Origin: Oligoflexales bacterium
Lineage (GTDB): Bacteria; Bdellovibrionota_B; Oligoflexia; Oligoflexales; RGVZ01
Assembly (NCBI GenBank): GCA_044236265.1
Contig: JBIIGV010000018.1
Coordinates: forward strand, 1 to 33,108
DNA: 33,108 nt
Direction: 5' to 3'
A program made the position numbers and the translations under genes. Under the pieces are notes generated by a model. It was not told the DNA's origin and searched no databases. It worked only from the letters and a program-made list of their open reading frames with translations. Numbering within the stretch: the stretch's first letter is position 1; every line of letters starts with the position of its first letter. Shown here piece after piece: positions 1 to 9,990 of this stretch.

Positions 1-1
1 T

Positions 2-886
2 GTCGAGGGTTGGGTTCATGGACGGCTGGGTCCTTTGGCTGTTTTTGTGTTTCGTGAAAAAGGTGAGTTTTTCCGATATGCGATTTTCCCCATGGTTTCC
101 CACGTTCCAAACGTAAAATCAGAACTCGAGACGCTTAAGCGTCACGATAAGGTGCGAATCAAAGGTGAATTTATTGATAACGGTGCTCCACAGAAGCATA
201 TCTATGTGACTGAACTCAGTGTTCTTGAGCGCTGGGATGGTGGAGGGGGCGAGAATGTTCCTCCTTATGAGCATGAAGCAAAGATTCCTGAAGATCTGAT
301 GACTCGCAGCGAGTTTATTGGCAAGGTTCACTTTGCGGCCCAAGACGGCTCCATGGTGGTCTGTGAGTACAAAGATGCCGTGGTTCCAGTCGTTGGGATC
401 CCAGGAAAAGCCAACAACCTATACCGCGGCGATAAAGTAAAAATCCGTTTTAAAATTCAAAGCCATCCACGCCGTCCAAGCCATTTGGTGCTTGATGACT
501 CCGTCGAGACACCTGTTGAGGTTCTTGAGCGCTTGGTTGACCTGCATGGTCGCGTTACCTGTGTTGAAGGCACGCTGGTCAAGTTTCCGAAAAGTCCCGA
601 GGTCTCCTTTGATGTGTTTGCTCTGCAACGCACTGATAGTGACTTTGTAACTTTGGACTACACGCTCGTTAATTTTGAAGATGTCGAGCTATTCAAGGCG
701 ATTCGTGAAAAGTCTGCCGCAGCGTGGAATGCTCATCCTGAAACGGTGGTCAATGGCCGGAACAAACTTCATAACCCAAGGCTTCATGTCAAAGCTTGTG
801 GAACACTGAACGTGGTCGCTCCGAGCCAAGCTAACCCCCAGGTTCTCATCAATAAGATTGAAGACCTGACCTTTGACTATCGCTGA
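2..886 (+). CDS. Hypothetical protein, 5'-truncated by the window; probable tandem OB-fold-like beta domains
   Basis: The frame is open from position 2 (VEGWVHGRLGPL...), so the TTG at 35 is probably not the true start. Repeated segments (LKRHDKVRIKG / LYRGDKVKIRF, each preceded by a G-x-V-H strand) resemble OB folds. Confidence 0.6.
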   Translation, partial: VEGWVHGRLGPLAVFVFREKGEFFRYAIFPMVSHVPNVKSELETLKRHDKVRIKGEFIDNGAPQKHIYVTELSVLERWDGGGGENVPPYEHEAKIPEDLMTRSEFIGKVHFAAQDGSMVVCEYKDAVVPVVGIPGKANNLYRGDKVKIRFKIQSHPRRPSHLVLDDSVETPVEVLERLVDLHGRVTCVEGTLVKFPKSPEVSFDVFALQRTDSDFVTLDYTLVNFEDVELFKAIREKSAAAWNAHPETVVNGRNKLHNPRLHVKACGTLNVVAPSQANPQVLINKIEDLTFDYR

Positions 887-888
887 AT

Positions 889-909
889 CCGTCCCCTTTT
901 ACGGGGCGG
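889..909. terminator. Possible hairpin terminator between convergent genes
   Basis: CCG-T-CCCC ttttac GGGG-CGG in the 25-nt gap between convergent stop codons; no clear U-tract. Confidence 0.3.
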
Positions 910-911
910 CC

Positions 912-2414
912 TCAGAGGCCGTATAAGTCACTATACTTGCGCGTCAGATAGTTCATGTACGCATCAACGGATAGATCCGACCCGGTAGCGTGTTTGATCA
1001 CCTCACCGGGTGGGAGCATCGCCCCCCACCGATGAACCTTGCGTGTCAACCAGCTGCGCAGGTTTAAAAACTCTCCACGAGAAAACTCTGACTCCATCGT
1101 TGGCATCTCTTTGAGCGCGCTGTCATAAAGCTGCGCGCTGAGCATATTGCCAATGGTGTAGCCTTGAAATGATCCCCCGAAAGGCCCGCTAAACCAGTGT
1201 ACGTCCTGAAGACAACCGTCTTTGAGCGATGGTACAGTCACGCCCAAATCAGACTTATAGCGCGCATTCCATGCCTCTGGCAGGTCGTTGATTTTCAATT
1301 TCCCTTCGAGAACATCACACTCGAGATCAAACCTGATCATCACGTGTAAGTTATACGTGAGTTCGTCAGCATCCACGCGAATTAACCCTGGCTCTACTTT
1401 GTTGATGGCCTTCAGGAAATCCGATTGGCTCGTGTTTTTGAAGTTGGGGAACTCTTGCTGTAATACAGGATAAAAATAATCCCAGAAGGGCTTTCCCCGT
1501 CCAACCCGATTCTCCCAGAGACGCGACTGACTTTCGTGGACGCCACTTGAAACGCCGTTACCCAGAATGTTTCCATCTAGATATTCCGAAATTCCCATCT
1601 CGTAAAGCGCGTGTCCGACTTCATGGATGACACTGAACAAACAATCGGTCAAATCATCACGGCGCGCGCGCGTGGTGATACGGATGTCGTTACCAGATAG
1701 TCGCGTCATGAATGGGTGCGGTGAGAGGTCGATGCGTCCTCGTCTGAAGTCATAGCCGAGTCGCTCTGCCACTAGCCGGCAAAATTTAAGCTGAGAGGCG
1801 TCATCAAAATCGCCCGTAAGGCAGTCGTTTTTGAGTTGCTTGGCGGACGTTACTTTTTTGACAAGTGGTACTAGCTGCGATCGCAGAGTTTGGAACATTT
1901 GTCGTGCGGTACGCACTGACGTTCCAGGGTCACTAAACTGAATCAACGCATCCATTGGGTGTTCGAGGTCCGAAAAACATTCGGCCATTTTCAAGCTTAA
2001 TCGAACAGACTCCTCCAATAGCGGCTGCAGGGTTGCAAAATCGCTTTTGGGGCGAGCATCGGTCCACGCGGCGTACATTCTGGAAAAGTGTTCGGCCATG
2101 GCTGCACTGAGGCTTGCGGGAACTTTGGACTCAAGGCTGTGAATGCGTCGGGCTTCGCGCACAAATGCGGCATCCTGATTTTCAAAACTTTGATTTGCAG
2201 CCCATGAAAACGCGCTGTCGATTAGGTTTGATGTTTCACGATCGACGAGTAGATCGTGCGACAAATTTGCGAGAGTCGCGAGTTGGCGACCGCGCTGCTC
2301 TGCTCCTATGGCTGGCATCATGGTGGCCTGATCCCAGTAGAGAATGCTTGAGGCAAGTTTTAAATCAGTATAGGTGGCAAGTCGTTTTTTTAGCGGCGAA
2401 AGATCTGGTGTCAT
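912..2414 (-). CDS. Carboxypeptidase, M32 (Taq) family
   Basis: 500 aa; motifs WDQATMMP, HPF, DIRITTR, HEVGH (HEXXH), HESQSR, IRVDADE, GCLQDVHW. Confidence 0.96.
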   Translation of the reverse strand: MTPDLSPLKKRLATYTDLKLASSILYWDQATMMPAIGAEQRGRQLATLANLSHDLLVDRETSNLIDSAFSWAANQSFENQDAAFVREARRIHSLESKVPASLSAAMAEHFSRMYAAWTDARPKSDFATLQPLLEESVRLSLKMAECFSDLEHPMDALIQFSDPGTSVRTARQMFQTLRSQLVPLVKKVTSAKQLKNDCLTGDFDDASQLKFCRLVAERLGYDFRRGRIDLSPHPFMTRLSGNDIRITTRARRDDLTDCLFSVIHEVGHALYEMGISEYLDGNILGNGVSSGVHESQSRLWENRVGRGKPFWDYFYPVLQQEFPNFKNTSQSDFLKAINKVEPGLIRVDADELTYNLHVMIRFDLECDVLEGKLKINDLPEAWNARYKSDLGVTVPSLKDGCLQDVHWFSGPFGGSFQGYTIGNMLSAQLYDSALKEMPTMESEFSRGEFLNLRSWLTRKVHRWGAMLPPGEVIKHATGSDLSVDAYMNYLTRKYSDLYGL

Positions 2415-2459
2415 AGTTTCTTCTGATTCCTTTGTTTATCTCAATATAAGTTGTAGCTG

Positions 2460-2849
2460 CTAGAACGTGACAGCATGGGTTGCTGGTTCGAGTTGATTTA
2501 GTTCTTCATCGGTAAATACCCGTGATCTGGTTAGAAATCTAACGCCTTCGGGGTTTTCGAGCGAAAACATCCCCCCGCGTCCCTGAACCACATCAATAAT
2601 CAACTGCGTGTGTTTCCAGTATTCAAATTGGCTGTCACTCATATAGAAGCCAGCGCCACCAATCTCGCCCAATTTTACATCCGATGGACCTAGAATAAAG
2701 TCATCTTTGGGATAACACATCGGGGAGCTGCCATCACAGCAGCCCCCCGATTGATGGAACATGAGTTCGCCATGTTTTTTGCGCAGGTCTGCAATCAAAT
2801 CCAAGGCGGAATCCGTCGCAAGCACTCGTTTGACATGGCCCTTGTGCAT
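2460..2849 (-). CDS. DUF779 domain protein
   Basis: MFHQSGGCCDGSSPMCYP, QFEYWKHTQL and GRGGMFSLE motifs; typical partner of AldB-type ALDH. The ATG at 2849 lies just after the ALDH stop. Confidence 0.93.
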   Translation of the reverse strand: MHKGHVKRVLATDSALDLIADLRKKHGELMFHQSGGCCDGSSPMCYPKDDFILGPSDVKLGEIGGAGFYMSDSQFEYWKHTQLIIDVVQGRGGMFSLENPEGVRFLTRSRVFTDEELNQLEPATHAVTF

Positions 2850-2850
2850 C

Positions 2851-4374
2851 TTAGAAGAATCCAAGCTTTTTGGGGTTATAGCTAATCAAAACGTTTTTCA
2901 CTTGTTGATAATGATCGAGCATCATCTTGTGCGTTTCGCGACCGATTCCCGACTGCTTGTAGCCTCCGAAGGTGGCATGAGCAGGGTATGCATGGTAGCA
3001 GTTCGTCCAAACTCGGCCAGCCTGGATCTCACGACCGAATCGGTATGCCGTGTTGATATTGCGAGTCCAGATACCGGCACCAAGACCGTAAAGAGTGTCG
3101 TTAGCAATGGCGAGTGCTTCCGCCTCATTTTTAAATGTTGTGACGCTGACAACTGGACCAAAGATCTCTTCTTGGAATACGCGCATCTTGTTGTTACCGA
3201 GGAACACAGTCGGCTCAACATAGTAGCCATCACTTAATTCGCCGGCAAGTTTTGCGCGATTACCGCCCGTCAAACACTGTGCGCCTTCTTTCTTGCCGAT
3301 ATCGATATAGCTTAGGATCTTTTCGACTTGCTCCATGGATGCCTGAGCGCCGATCATTGTGGATTCGTCGAGCGGATGGCCCTGTTTAACTTTTTTGACA
3401 CGCTCAACAGCGCGAGCGATGAAGTCCTTGTAAATGGACTCGTGAACTAAAGCTCTGGAAGGACAAGTACACACTTCACCCTGGTTGAGGGCAAACATCG
3501 TAAAGCCTTCGAGAGCCTTGTCAAAAAAGTCGTCATCTTTGTCCATAATGTCTGGGAAGAAAATATTGGGGGATTTACCACCTAGCTCGAGTGTGACCGG
3601 GATCAGATTGTTTGATGCGTATTGCATAATCAATCGACCGGTGGTGGTCTCTCCGGTGAATGCTATTTTAGAGATACGCTTGTTACTAGCGAGAGGCTTT
3701 CCGGCCTCGAGTCCAAAGCCGTTGACGATATTGAGAGTGCCGGCAGGCAAGAGATCCTGAATTAGTTCTGCAAACAGCAAAATTCCAGCTGGTGTTTGTT
3801 CTGCTGGTTTCAAAACCACACAGTTACCAGCGGCTAGTGCTGGAGCAAGTTTCCAGGCAGCCATGAGTAAAGGAAAATTCCAGGGAATTATCTGTCCCAC
3901 AACGCCAAGTGGTTCGTGGAAGTGGTACGCCACCGTGTCATGATCAATCTCGCCGATGCTACCTTCTTGTGCTCGGATACATGCGGCAAAATATCGGAAG
4001 TGGTCTATGGCTAGCGGTAAATCTGCAGCCTTGGTCTCACGGATGGGCTTACCGTTGTCCCATGTCTCGGCAATTGCAAGTTTCTCGAGGTTTTGCTCCA
4101 TGCGATCGGCAATTTTGAGGAGGATATTGCTGCGCTCAGTTGTTGAGGTTTTGCCCCAAGACTCCTTGGCACGATGAGCTGCATCAAGAGCTAGCTCAAT
4201 ATCGTTGTGATCAGACCGGGCGATTTCGCAGAAAACTTTTCCAGTCACAGGCGTGATATTTTCAAAATACTTTCCAGCTTTAGGCTTAACCCATTCTCCG
4301 CCAATGAAGTTGTCATATTTGGATTTAAATTGGACAGGAGATCCTTTGTCATTTGGATTTAAGTGTTTTGTCAC
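2851..4374 (-). CDS. aldB: NAD(P)-dependent aldehyde dehydrogenase (AldB/ExaC/AcoD type)
   Basis: [25 protein letters not shown], catalytic [15 protein letters not shown] and C-terminal LGFF; GTG start with AAGGGG RBS. Confidence 0.96.
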   Translation of the reverse strand: MTKHLNPNDKGSPVQFKSKYDNFIGGEWVKPKAGKYFENITPVTGKVFCEIARSDHNDIELALDAAHRAKESWGKTSTTERSNILLKIADRMEQNLEKLAIAETWDNGKPIRETKAADLPLAIDHFRYFAACIRAQEGSIGEIDHDTVAYHFHEPLGVVGQIIPWNFPLLMAAWKLAPALAAGNCVVLKPAEQTPAGILLFAELIQDLLPAGTLNIVNGFGLEAGKPLASNKRISKIAFTGETTTGRLIMQYASNNLIPVTLELGGKSPNIFFPDIMDKDDDFFDKALEGFTMFALNQGEVCTCPSRALVHESIYKDFIARAVERVKKVKQGHPLDESTMIGAQASMEQVEKILSYIDIGKKEGAQCLTGGNRAKLAGELSDGYYVEPTVFLGNNKMRVFQEEIFGPVVSVTTFKNEAEALAIANDTLYGLGAGIWTRNINTAYRFGREIQAGRVWTNCYHAYPAHATFGGYKQSGIGRETHKMMLDHYQQVKNVLISYNPKKLGFF

Positions 4375-4580
4375 TTGTGGCCCCTTTCTTCTCTGATATT
4401 TGATTTCAGGACATTATTTGCGCTTTTTCTCGGTCCGTCACGTAGAAATTTTAGAGCGCAATGAGGGGTGTTTTTATATGGCTATACGGCCAATTATGAT
4501 CATTATTAAAAACACCAAAATGCCCTCAAACCCTGATTCCATTGGCGAAGGCTTATGGTTTTGTGCGTTCAGATCAGGAT

Positions 4581-5183
4581 CTAGGACACGCCTAAGAGAG
4601 TTTTAACCAATCGTTCGATACGGTTAATCGGGATGACGCTACTACCGGCTCGACCCACCTGTATCGCCCCCTGCAACATGTCAGGAATTGATTTTATGAC
4701 ATCTGTGGTCATTGCTTGCGGGTTAAACGATCCGTCACTGAGGCCATCGCGAACAAGATCATCCAGAAATGAAATTTGCTGTTTGTGCATTTCAACCAAA
4801 GCATCGCGCACTTTACCAGGCAGAAGCGGCCATGATACCGCGAACGCCCCTCCGGGGCAGACCTGGCCGTGGCTTATCATGGCTCTGTAATGATCAAAGT
4901 AGCTGGCAAGGCGCTGAACTGGCGGCTGTGTCTCGACTTTGTGACTCCATTGCTCAAACATTTTCATATCGGATTCTACAACGGCGCATGCGAGGTCGTC
5001 TTTACTTGAGAAGTAATGAAAGATACTTGCCTTGCGTATGCCCAGTTCGTCGGCGAGTTCTTGAAGGCTGAGAGCATCGTAGCCAACAGTTTGTGATAAG
5101 GCTGCGGCCTTGGATAGGAGCTTTGATCTGGTATCGTTGCCTGCTGCTGTAAACGAAGATCTTTGACCAACCATGGAATTCAT
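4581..5183 (-). CDS. TetR/AcrR family transcriptional regulator (NemR-like)
   Basis: HTH GYDALSLQELADELGIRKASIFHYFSSKDDL; CPGG motif in the ligand domain. Confidence 0.92.
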   Translation of the reverse strand: MNSMVGQRSSFTAAGNDTRSKLLSKAAALSQTVGYDALSLQELADELGIRKASIFHYFSSKDDLACAVVESDMKMFEQWSHKVETQPPVQRLASYFDHYRAMISHGQVCPGGAFAVSWPLLPGKVRDALVEMHKQQISFLDDLVRDGLSDGSFNPQAMTTDVIKSIPDMLQGAIQVGRAGSSVIPINRIERLVKTLLGVS

Positions 5184-5401
5184 CCCCTATGAGAAGCATC
5201 GAAAATCCGGGAATTTTACACTTCAATTATTGTCTTACGAAAATGCCCGAATGTGAAGTTTTAGCCTGCATTGCAGTGAAATTAGGCCAACACCATGCAG
5301 CCCATTCACAGTCAGCTTCAATGATTGTCAGCATCTGGGTTACCGGGGCTTGTGGCGATTTTGAACATGGGTGGTGGAGGCTTTAGATTGTTCATTTTGT
5401 A

Positions 5402-5419
5402 AAATTATGCGCATAATTT
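5402..5419. promoter_or_regulatory. Perfect 18-bp palindrome, candidate operator
   Basis: AAATTATGCGCATAATTT in the divergent TetR/FkbM intergenic region. Confidence 0.45.
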
Positions 5420-5561
5420 CGGTTGTTTAGCGTTGTGTTTATAGTTTTACACTGTCTACAGTGGGCTAGCTTGGTGAGGCGGCATGAAGCTAACTAGTGA
5501 AAATAAGTTGGCTCGGTTAGTCAGCTGCTGTAGGTTCGAGTTCCTTGTCGGAGGGTTAATC

Positions 5562-6350
5562 ATGCGTTTAAAAGAGTTTGCCAAGAAAATTGTCGCAAAA
5601 ATTATTCCTGAATTTAGTGTTCAGTATGGGACCTTGACAATCCGAGGCCCTCTTGAAGATCGCGGCTTTCTTAAAGCTCTTAGTCGTGGCGAACGCGAGC
5701 CATTTATGACGAAAACATTGGTGGATTTTGTAGCCCACGATACCGTTTTTCTGGATGTTGGTGGACACCTTGGACAATACTCGCTGGCAGTTGCAGAAAA
5801 GCTTCCGCGAGGTAGTGCGGGGCGGGTCGTAGTATTTGAACCACACCCGAGGTCGCGTAAATATCTTAAGCGTAATGTTTTGATGAACGGTGTTGATGAT
5901 AAGGTCACGGTGGAGGAGTTTTGTGCTGCGGCCTCAACCGGAACAGTTCTTTTTTATTCGGACGATCTTCAATCAGATTACTCAAGCACAGTACCTAATG
6001 CGGCTGGTAGCTCGTCGAGAACTGTAGTGGAGGTGCCCGCGATCCCTCTAGATGAGTATTTTGCAGGAAAAGATTATCCAACGGTCGTGAAAATTGATGT
6101 TGAGGGTGCGGAGTTGTCTGTACTGGAGGGGATGCGCGAGATCATGAAGCAGAAAAAGCCTCTACTTTTCATCGAATGTAATGGACCGGCTTTGAAACGG
6201 TCGGGTAGCTCAGCCAAGGATCTTCTTGAAGTTCTTGCAAGAAGCTACTCAAAAATTTCCATCATTGATGAGGCGACAAAGTCACTCGTTACCGTCAACC
6301 AGTCTTCAAATTTGAACGACAAATGTGAGAACCTCCTTTGCCTTCCTTGA
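5562..6350 (+). CDS. FkbM family SAM-dependent methyltransferase
   Basis: FLDVGGHLGQYS, VFEP and VKIDVEGAELSVLEG; start moved to ATG 5562, which follows a GGAGGG RBS. Confidence 0.92.
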   Translation: MRLKEFAKKIVAKIIPEFSVQYGTLTIRGPLEDRGFLKALSRGEREPFMTKTLVDFVAHDTVFLDVGGHLGQYSLAVAEKLPRGSAGRVVVFEPHPRSRKYLKRNVLMNGVDDKVTVEEFCAAASTGTVLFYSDDLQSDYSSTVPNAAGSSSRTVVEVPAIPLDEYFAGKDYPTVVKIDVEGAELSVLEGMREIMKQKKPLLFIECNGPALKRSGSSAKDLLEVLARSYSKISIIDEATKSLVTVNQSSNLNDKCENLLCLP

Positions 6351-6467
6351 GTAAATCTCGAAGATCCTAAGGGTCTGACTGTCCATTGTGTGGTCTAAAT
6401 TCGCCTGAAAAACGCAAAACCAACCCGCGGTAATTGCTGGATAAAACTAATAAATTTGTTAAAATTC

Positions 6468-6494
6468 TAAAGAATTTCCGAACATTGACGAACC
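6468..6494 (+). promoter_or_regulatory. Putative sigma28 (FliA)-type promoter
   Basis: (C)TAAA-N15-GACGAACC; the -10 element is degenerate. Confidence 0.3.
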
Positions 6495-6560
6495 AACTGT
6501 CGGCCGCTAATCCGGGCTTTGTGTGCTCGGAGTATTGCTGTCCAGATAGGACTTTTAGCG

Positions 6561-7358
6561 ATGAAAGTTGATAAGATTGAGACCCGATTGGATCCATTGG
6601 AGCCTGCGATCTCCAAGCCGCTGGATCTTAAGTCTGCGAGGGAATCAAACACCGCGACTCAATCAGTGAGTGATTTAAAAGCTAACGAGCAAGTTGACCC
6701 CTTGAAGGAAAAACGGGATGCCCCAAAGAACACGGTGGATAATCCCAACTTCGCCGCTCAAGAGAAAGAGAAGATCGAATCGACGATTTACCAGCTTTTT
6801 TTCTTACGCGACTTGCGTAAGCAGGCAATCGAGACGGATATTTTGAAGCGCAATGATTTTCGGGAATATATCAAGAACATGTACGTAAAAGACGACTCAA
6901 AAAGTTATTTTATGAGTCAGATGAATGAACAACGCTTGCGAATGCTCTTTACCTGGCTAGATCGCTTTTGGAACGAAAAAAAATTTCGCCACTTGAGGGA
7001 GTGGGCAAATATTCAGTATAAAGATCTCCAACAAATGAAGCGGGACGCTTTCATGTATGTTTTAAAATTCGAGCGTCTGGTGGCTACTAGAAAAGCGGAG
7101 CTCGAGAGGCTGAAGCCAAGAGTCAATCTGCTTGAAGAGCGTCGCGAAGAAAGAGCAGAAGATCTCGCGCGGCTTAAACTGGACAAGATGAAAGAAAAGA
7201 TTATCGTTAAGTTTGATGACCGTCAAAGGATGGCCGAGTATATGATAGCGTCGACTGCCATTGAGAAGATCGACAACCATCGACGTGTGGAAAACCTCAT
7301 CAAAACAGATCTATTCAAAGATAAAGATCGTTCAAGAGCTCTTCGTAAAGTTGATTGA
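6561..7358 (+). CDS. Hypothetical highly charged helical/coiled-coil protein
   Basis: Long ORF rich in K/R/E/D; ATG 6561 is preceded by AGGA; no recognisable motif. Confidence 0.7.
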   Translation: MKVDKIETRLDPLEPAISKPLDLKSARESNTATQSVSDLKANEQVDPLKEKRDAPKNTVDNPNFAAQEKEKIESTIYQLFFLRDLRKQAIETDILKRNDFREYIKNMYVKDDSKSYFMSQMNEQRLRMLFTWLDRFWNEKKFRHLREWANIQYKDLQQMKRDAFMYVLKFERLVATRKAELERLKPRVNLLEERREERAEDLARLKLDKMKEKIIVKFDDRQRMAEYMIASTAIEKIDNHRRVENLIKTDLFKDKDRSRALRKVD

Positions 7359-7367
7359 AAGATAGTT

Positions 7368-7964
7368 TTACTTTGAGACAGCTCGCCAACTTAAGTCTTC
7401 AAAGTCAGACATGAGTTTATCCGTCAGCGGAACGCCTCTGTATAGAGCATCGCGAGCAAACCGAGCTAAAGCTCCAACCGTTATGGCAAACAAAGCGTCG
7501 ATATCAGCGTCGGCGAAGATTCCCTTCTGTTGAAAATAAGTAATCCAGCTAATCCACTGGTTGTAGACTTTTTCCGAGATCTGTCGGCTAGCATCATTCA
7601 GGAATGCTGCGCCAAAACTTGATTCGAAAAAAAGGTACTCATGGGGTCTTGACTGAATTCGCTCAGCAGCTTTTCGCATAAGGTTACGAAAAGAATCTTT
7701 AGGGTCGTGGAGTGACGGTTCTGTGATCCCCGACTGGATGTTTATTTGTTCCTGTTCTGCGCAGGCGCGCTGAAACAGTGTGTTGGCCAAGTCTTCCTTG
7801 CTGGGAAAAATACGAAAAATAGTACCGACCGCGACGCCGGCGTCTTTTGCGATTAGTTCAGTGTTGGCACCGGAAAAACCCAATGTTGCAAAATGTTTCG
7901 CGGACGCCGCCAAAATTGCGGTGCGCTTACCCTCGGGATCAATGACGCGCCGTTTTTTGTTCAA
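7368..7964 (-). CDS. TetR/AcrR family transcriptional regulator
   Basis: HTH GFSGANTELIAKDAGVAVGTIFRIFPSKEDL; TTG start with GGGAG RBS. Confidence 0.92.
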   Translation of the reverse strand: MNKKRRVIDPEGKRTAILAASAKHFATLGFSGANTELIAKDAGVAVGTIFRIFPSKEDLANTLFQRACAEQEQINIQSGITEPSLHDPKDSFRNLMRKAAERIQSRPHEYLFFESSFGAAFLNDASRQISEKVYNQWISWITYFQQKGIFADADIDALFAITVGALARFARDALYRGVPLTDKLMSDFEDLSWRAVSK

Positions 7965-8001
7965 GAGGCACTCTCCCGAAAAGATTCAGACTGAGGCTGG
8001 A

Positions 8002-8077
<76 letters not shown>

Positions 8078-8098
8078 ATCTTGCCATGATAAACTGGC

Positions 8099-8497
8099 TC
8101 AATTAGGGTATTTAACAGGAAGTCCGGCGTCTTTCCAAGCTTGAAATGAACCGGCATTAAAGGTTCGAAAGCCCAATGTGCTGAAATGGTCGGCTGCCTT
8201 TTCTGCGCGTTTTCCCGACCTGCAATAAAATATCAAGTCTTTGGATCTGTCCCAACCTTGAACGGCTTTCTCATAGGCATCGCTACGCGCGTCGATCTCA
8301 CTCGTGGCCAGCCACTGCGCAGGAGCAGCCATTCCTGTCTCAGTAATTTCGGATTGTTCTCGTACATCTACGAGAATCGCAATGCCAGAAATCACAGCCA
8401 TGTAAGCATCCCGCGGGCTGATTGCAGTGGCTGCATTTGTTTGCGATGAAAAAAGAGCGCCGATGAAAAGCAATAGTGATAACAGTAATCGCTCCAT
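8099..8497 (-). CDS. Exported single-domain rhodanese-like sulfurtransferase
   Basis: Signal peptide (MERLLLSLLLF...TNA), LVDVRE, active-site loop YCRSGKRA, GSFQAWKDAGLP; ATG 8497 follows GGAGG. Confidence 0.88.
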   Translation of the reverse strand: MERLLLSLLLFIGALFSSQTNAATAISPRDAYMAVISGIAILVDVREQSEITETGMAAPAQWLATSEIDARSDAYEKAVQGWDRSKDLIFYCRSGKRAEKAADHFSTLGFRTFNAGSFQAWKDAGLPVKYPN

Positions 8498-8523
8498 CGG
8501 CGCCCTCCAAAAACTTTTAGTCA

Positions 8524-8958
8524 TTAAAATGTAACGTCACCAACCATCACAGCGCTGTGGCCTGGGAAGGTGCAGAAAAATTTGTACTTTGTACCTTTTT
8601 TGAGCTTGCTAGTTGCAAATGACACCTCAGTGGACTCACCGCCGCCAATCAATTTCGACGCCACTACCACGGCTGCGCTCGTCGGTGTGTAGTCTTTTGC
8701 TGGGCCCGCTTTTGTTGCGTCCGCAATGACATTTTTCATTTCAGATTCTGGTGCGATGACAATGTTGTGTCCCATCGCTGCTTTTGGCAACTTGCCGGTG
8801 TGCTTCAGAGAAAGCTTCACATCAGTGCAGCCCGCAACAGCGATTGTCTTTGTGTTGTAGCTCATGGCGTCAGAACCTTCGACTTTGACGTCACAAGTCT
8901 TGGCGTAAGAAGCCCCAGCAATCATGGTTGACGCGATAAATAATGCGACTTTTTTCAT
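8524..8958 (-). CDS. azu: Azurin (type 1 blue copper protein)
   Basis: Signal peptide; N-terminal Cys pair; AMGHN and FFCTFPGHSAVM provide the His/Cys/His/Met Cu ligands; GAGGAG RBS. Confidence 0.95.
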   Translation of the reverse strand: MKKVALFIASTMIAGASYAKTCDVKVEGSDAMSYNTKTIAVAGCTDVKLSLKHTGKLPKAAMGHNIVIAPESEMKNVIADATKAGPAKDYTPTSAAVVVASKLIGGGESTEVSFATSKLKKGTKYKFFCTFPGHSAVMVGDVTF

Positions 8959-9087
8959 AACTTCGACTCCTCATTAAATTTGCTAATGTGCATAGTCATT
9001 CCGACTTGAGATCCGGATCTTAGCAAGAAAGTTTTCAGGTTGGAACAGCTGACAGAAGGGGTTGGTTTCTTTTTATTGTCGCTTTTT

Positions 9088-9990
9088 TTAGAACTTGTAC
9101 GTGTCTAAAAAACGATCTATCCGTTGATTAACATAGATAGGATCATCAAGGTGTGGACAGTGGCTACCATGGGCCATGATCTCTAGCTCAGCCATTGGCA
9201 GTCGTTTGGCCAGCCATTTACATTCCTCTATCGGCACCAGCTGATCCTTTCCCCCGGCCAGGATAAGGGTGGGTGCCTCAATAGGGCCTTCCAGATTGCT
9301 CAGGTCAAAGTCACAGAGGTCCTCGGCTAATTCGAAAAATATGTTCGGGTCTGTCGCAAAAAAGTGCCGCAGATACTCCTCAATGTCCTCTGTCTTTGCC
9401 AAGTGGGGATTAAAGCCTTTTAGGCGGACCACCTCTCTGGCGATGGACGGGGCCATCGCTGCCGTTTTATTCACAAAACGGACCCAGTCCGGGACCAGCT
9501 TATTGAGGGTTATCATGATTTTAAGGGCAGCCTTGCCGGTATCTCCAATTTGCATGTGTCTGTAGGGGTCACGTCCCGGAGACCCCTGCAGAACCATCCC
9601 CAGGCATCGTTCGGGGTGATCGTGTGCAAATTGCATAGCGACGGTGCCCCCCATTGATTGACCGAGAATCACGGCCTGTTCAATGGATAGCTGGTCCATG
9701 ACCTCCTTAAGGTCTTCGCTTAAGCCCTTAATGGTGAGCGGTCGCAGAGGGTTACCAAGGCTTGAGGCGCCGTGTCCCCTGTAGTCCATATGTACGGTCA
9801 GCCGTCCCGCCTTACGGGCGTGGGCCAATTGATATTTCCAATGGGCAATCGAGCAGCCCAGTCCATACAGAAAAACCAGAGGTGTACCGTGCCCATCGTG
9901 GACCCAGGTTTGAATTAAGGCTCCGTCTCGAAGCTCAACCGGTGATGCGGCGACTGGTTTTAATGGTTCTGGATTGAGGTCTACTGGGAT
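9088..9990 (-). CDS. Alpha/beta fold hydrolase (start codon uncertain, probably non-canonical)
   Basis: Nucleophile elbow GQSMGG, Asp (GKDQLV) and His (GSHCPH). The core strands and oxyanion loop (PLVFLYGLGCSIAHW) lie upstream of the called TTG at 9828, in the same frame. Confidence 0.85.
   Translation of the reverse strand: MPVDLNPEPLKPVAASPVELRDGALIQTWVHDGHGTPLVFLYGLGCSIAHWKYQLAHARKAGRLTVHMDYRGHGASSLGNPLRPLTIKGLSEDLKEVMDQLSIEQAVILGQSMGGTVAMQFAHDHPERCLGMVLQGSPGRDPYRHMQIGDTGKAALKIMITLNKLVPDWVRFVNKTAAMAPSIAREVVRLKGFNPHLAKTEDIEEYLRHFFATDPNIFFELAEDLCDFDLSNLEGPIEAPTLILAGGKDQLVPIEECKWLAKRLPMAELEIMAHGSHCPHLDDPIYVNQRIDRFLDTYKF

Noticed and set aside
2460..4374. ALDH + DUF779 as a novel system
   Set aside because: This gene pair is widespread and well known.
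4425..4500. Purine-riboswitch-like words (TTTCTAC...CCG..AAA) on the minus strand upstream of aldB
   Set aside because: The P1-P3 pairings and the ATATGG loop cannot be formed, and the downstream gene is not purine-related.
4400..5386. Intergenic ORFs 4400-4606 and 5189-5386
   Set aside because: No convincing RBS or recognisable protein features; they occupy probable promoter regions.
9010..9021. 12-bp palindrome AGATCCGGATCT upstream of azurin
   Set aside because: Short, single occurrence, and matches no regulator motif I can name.
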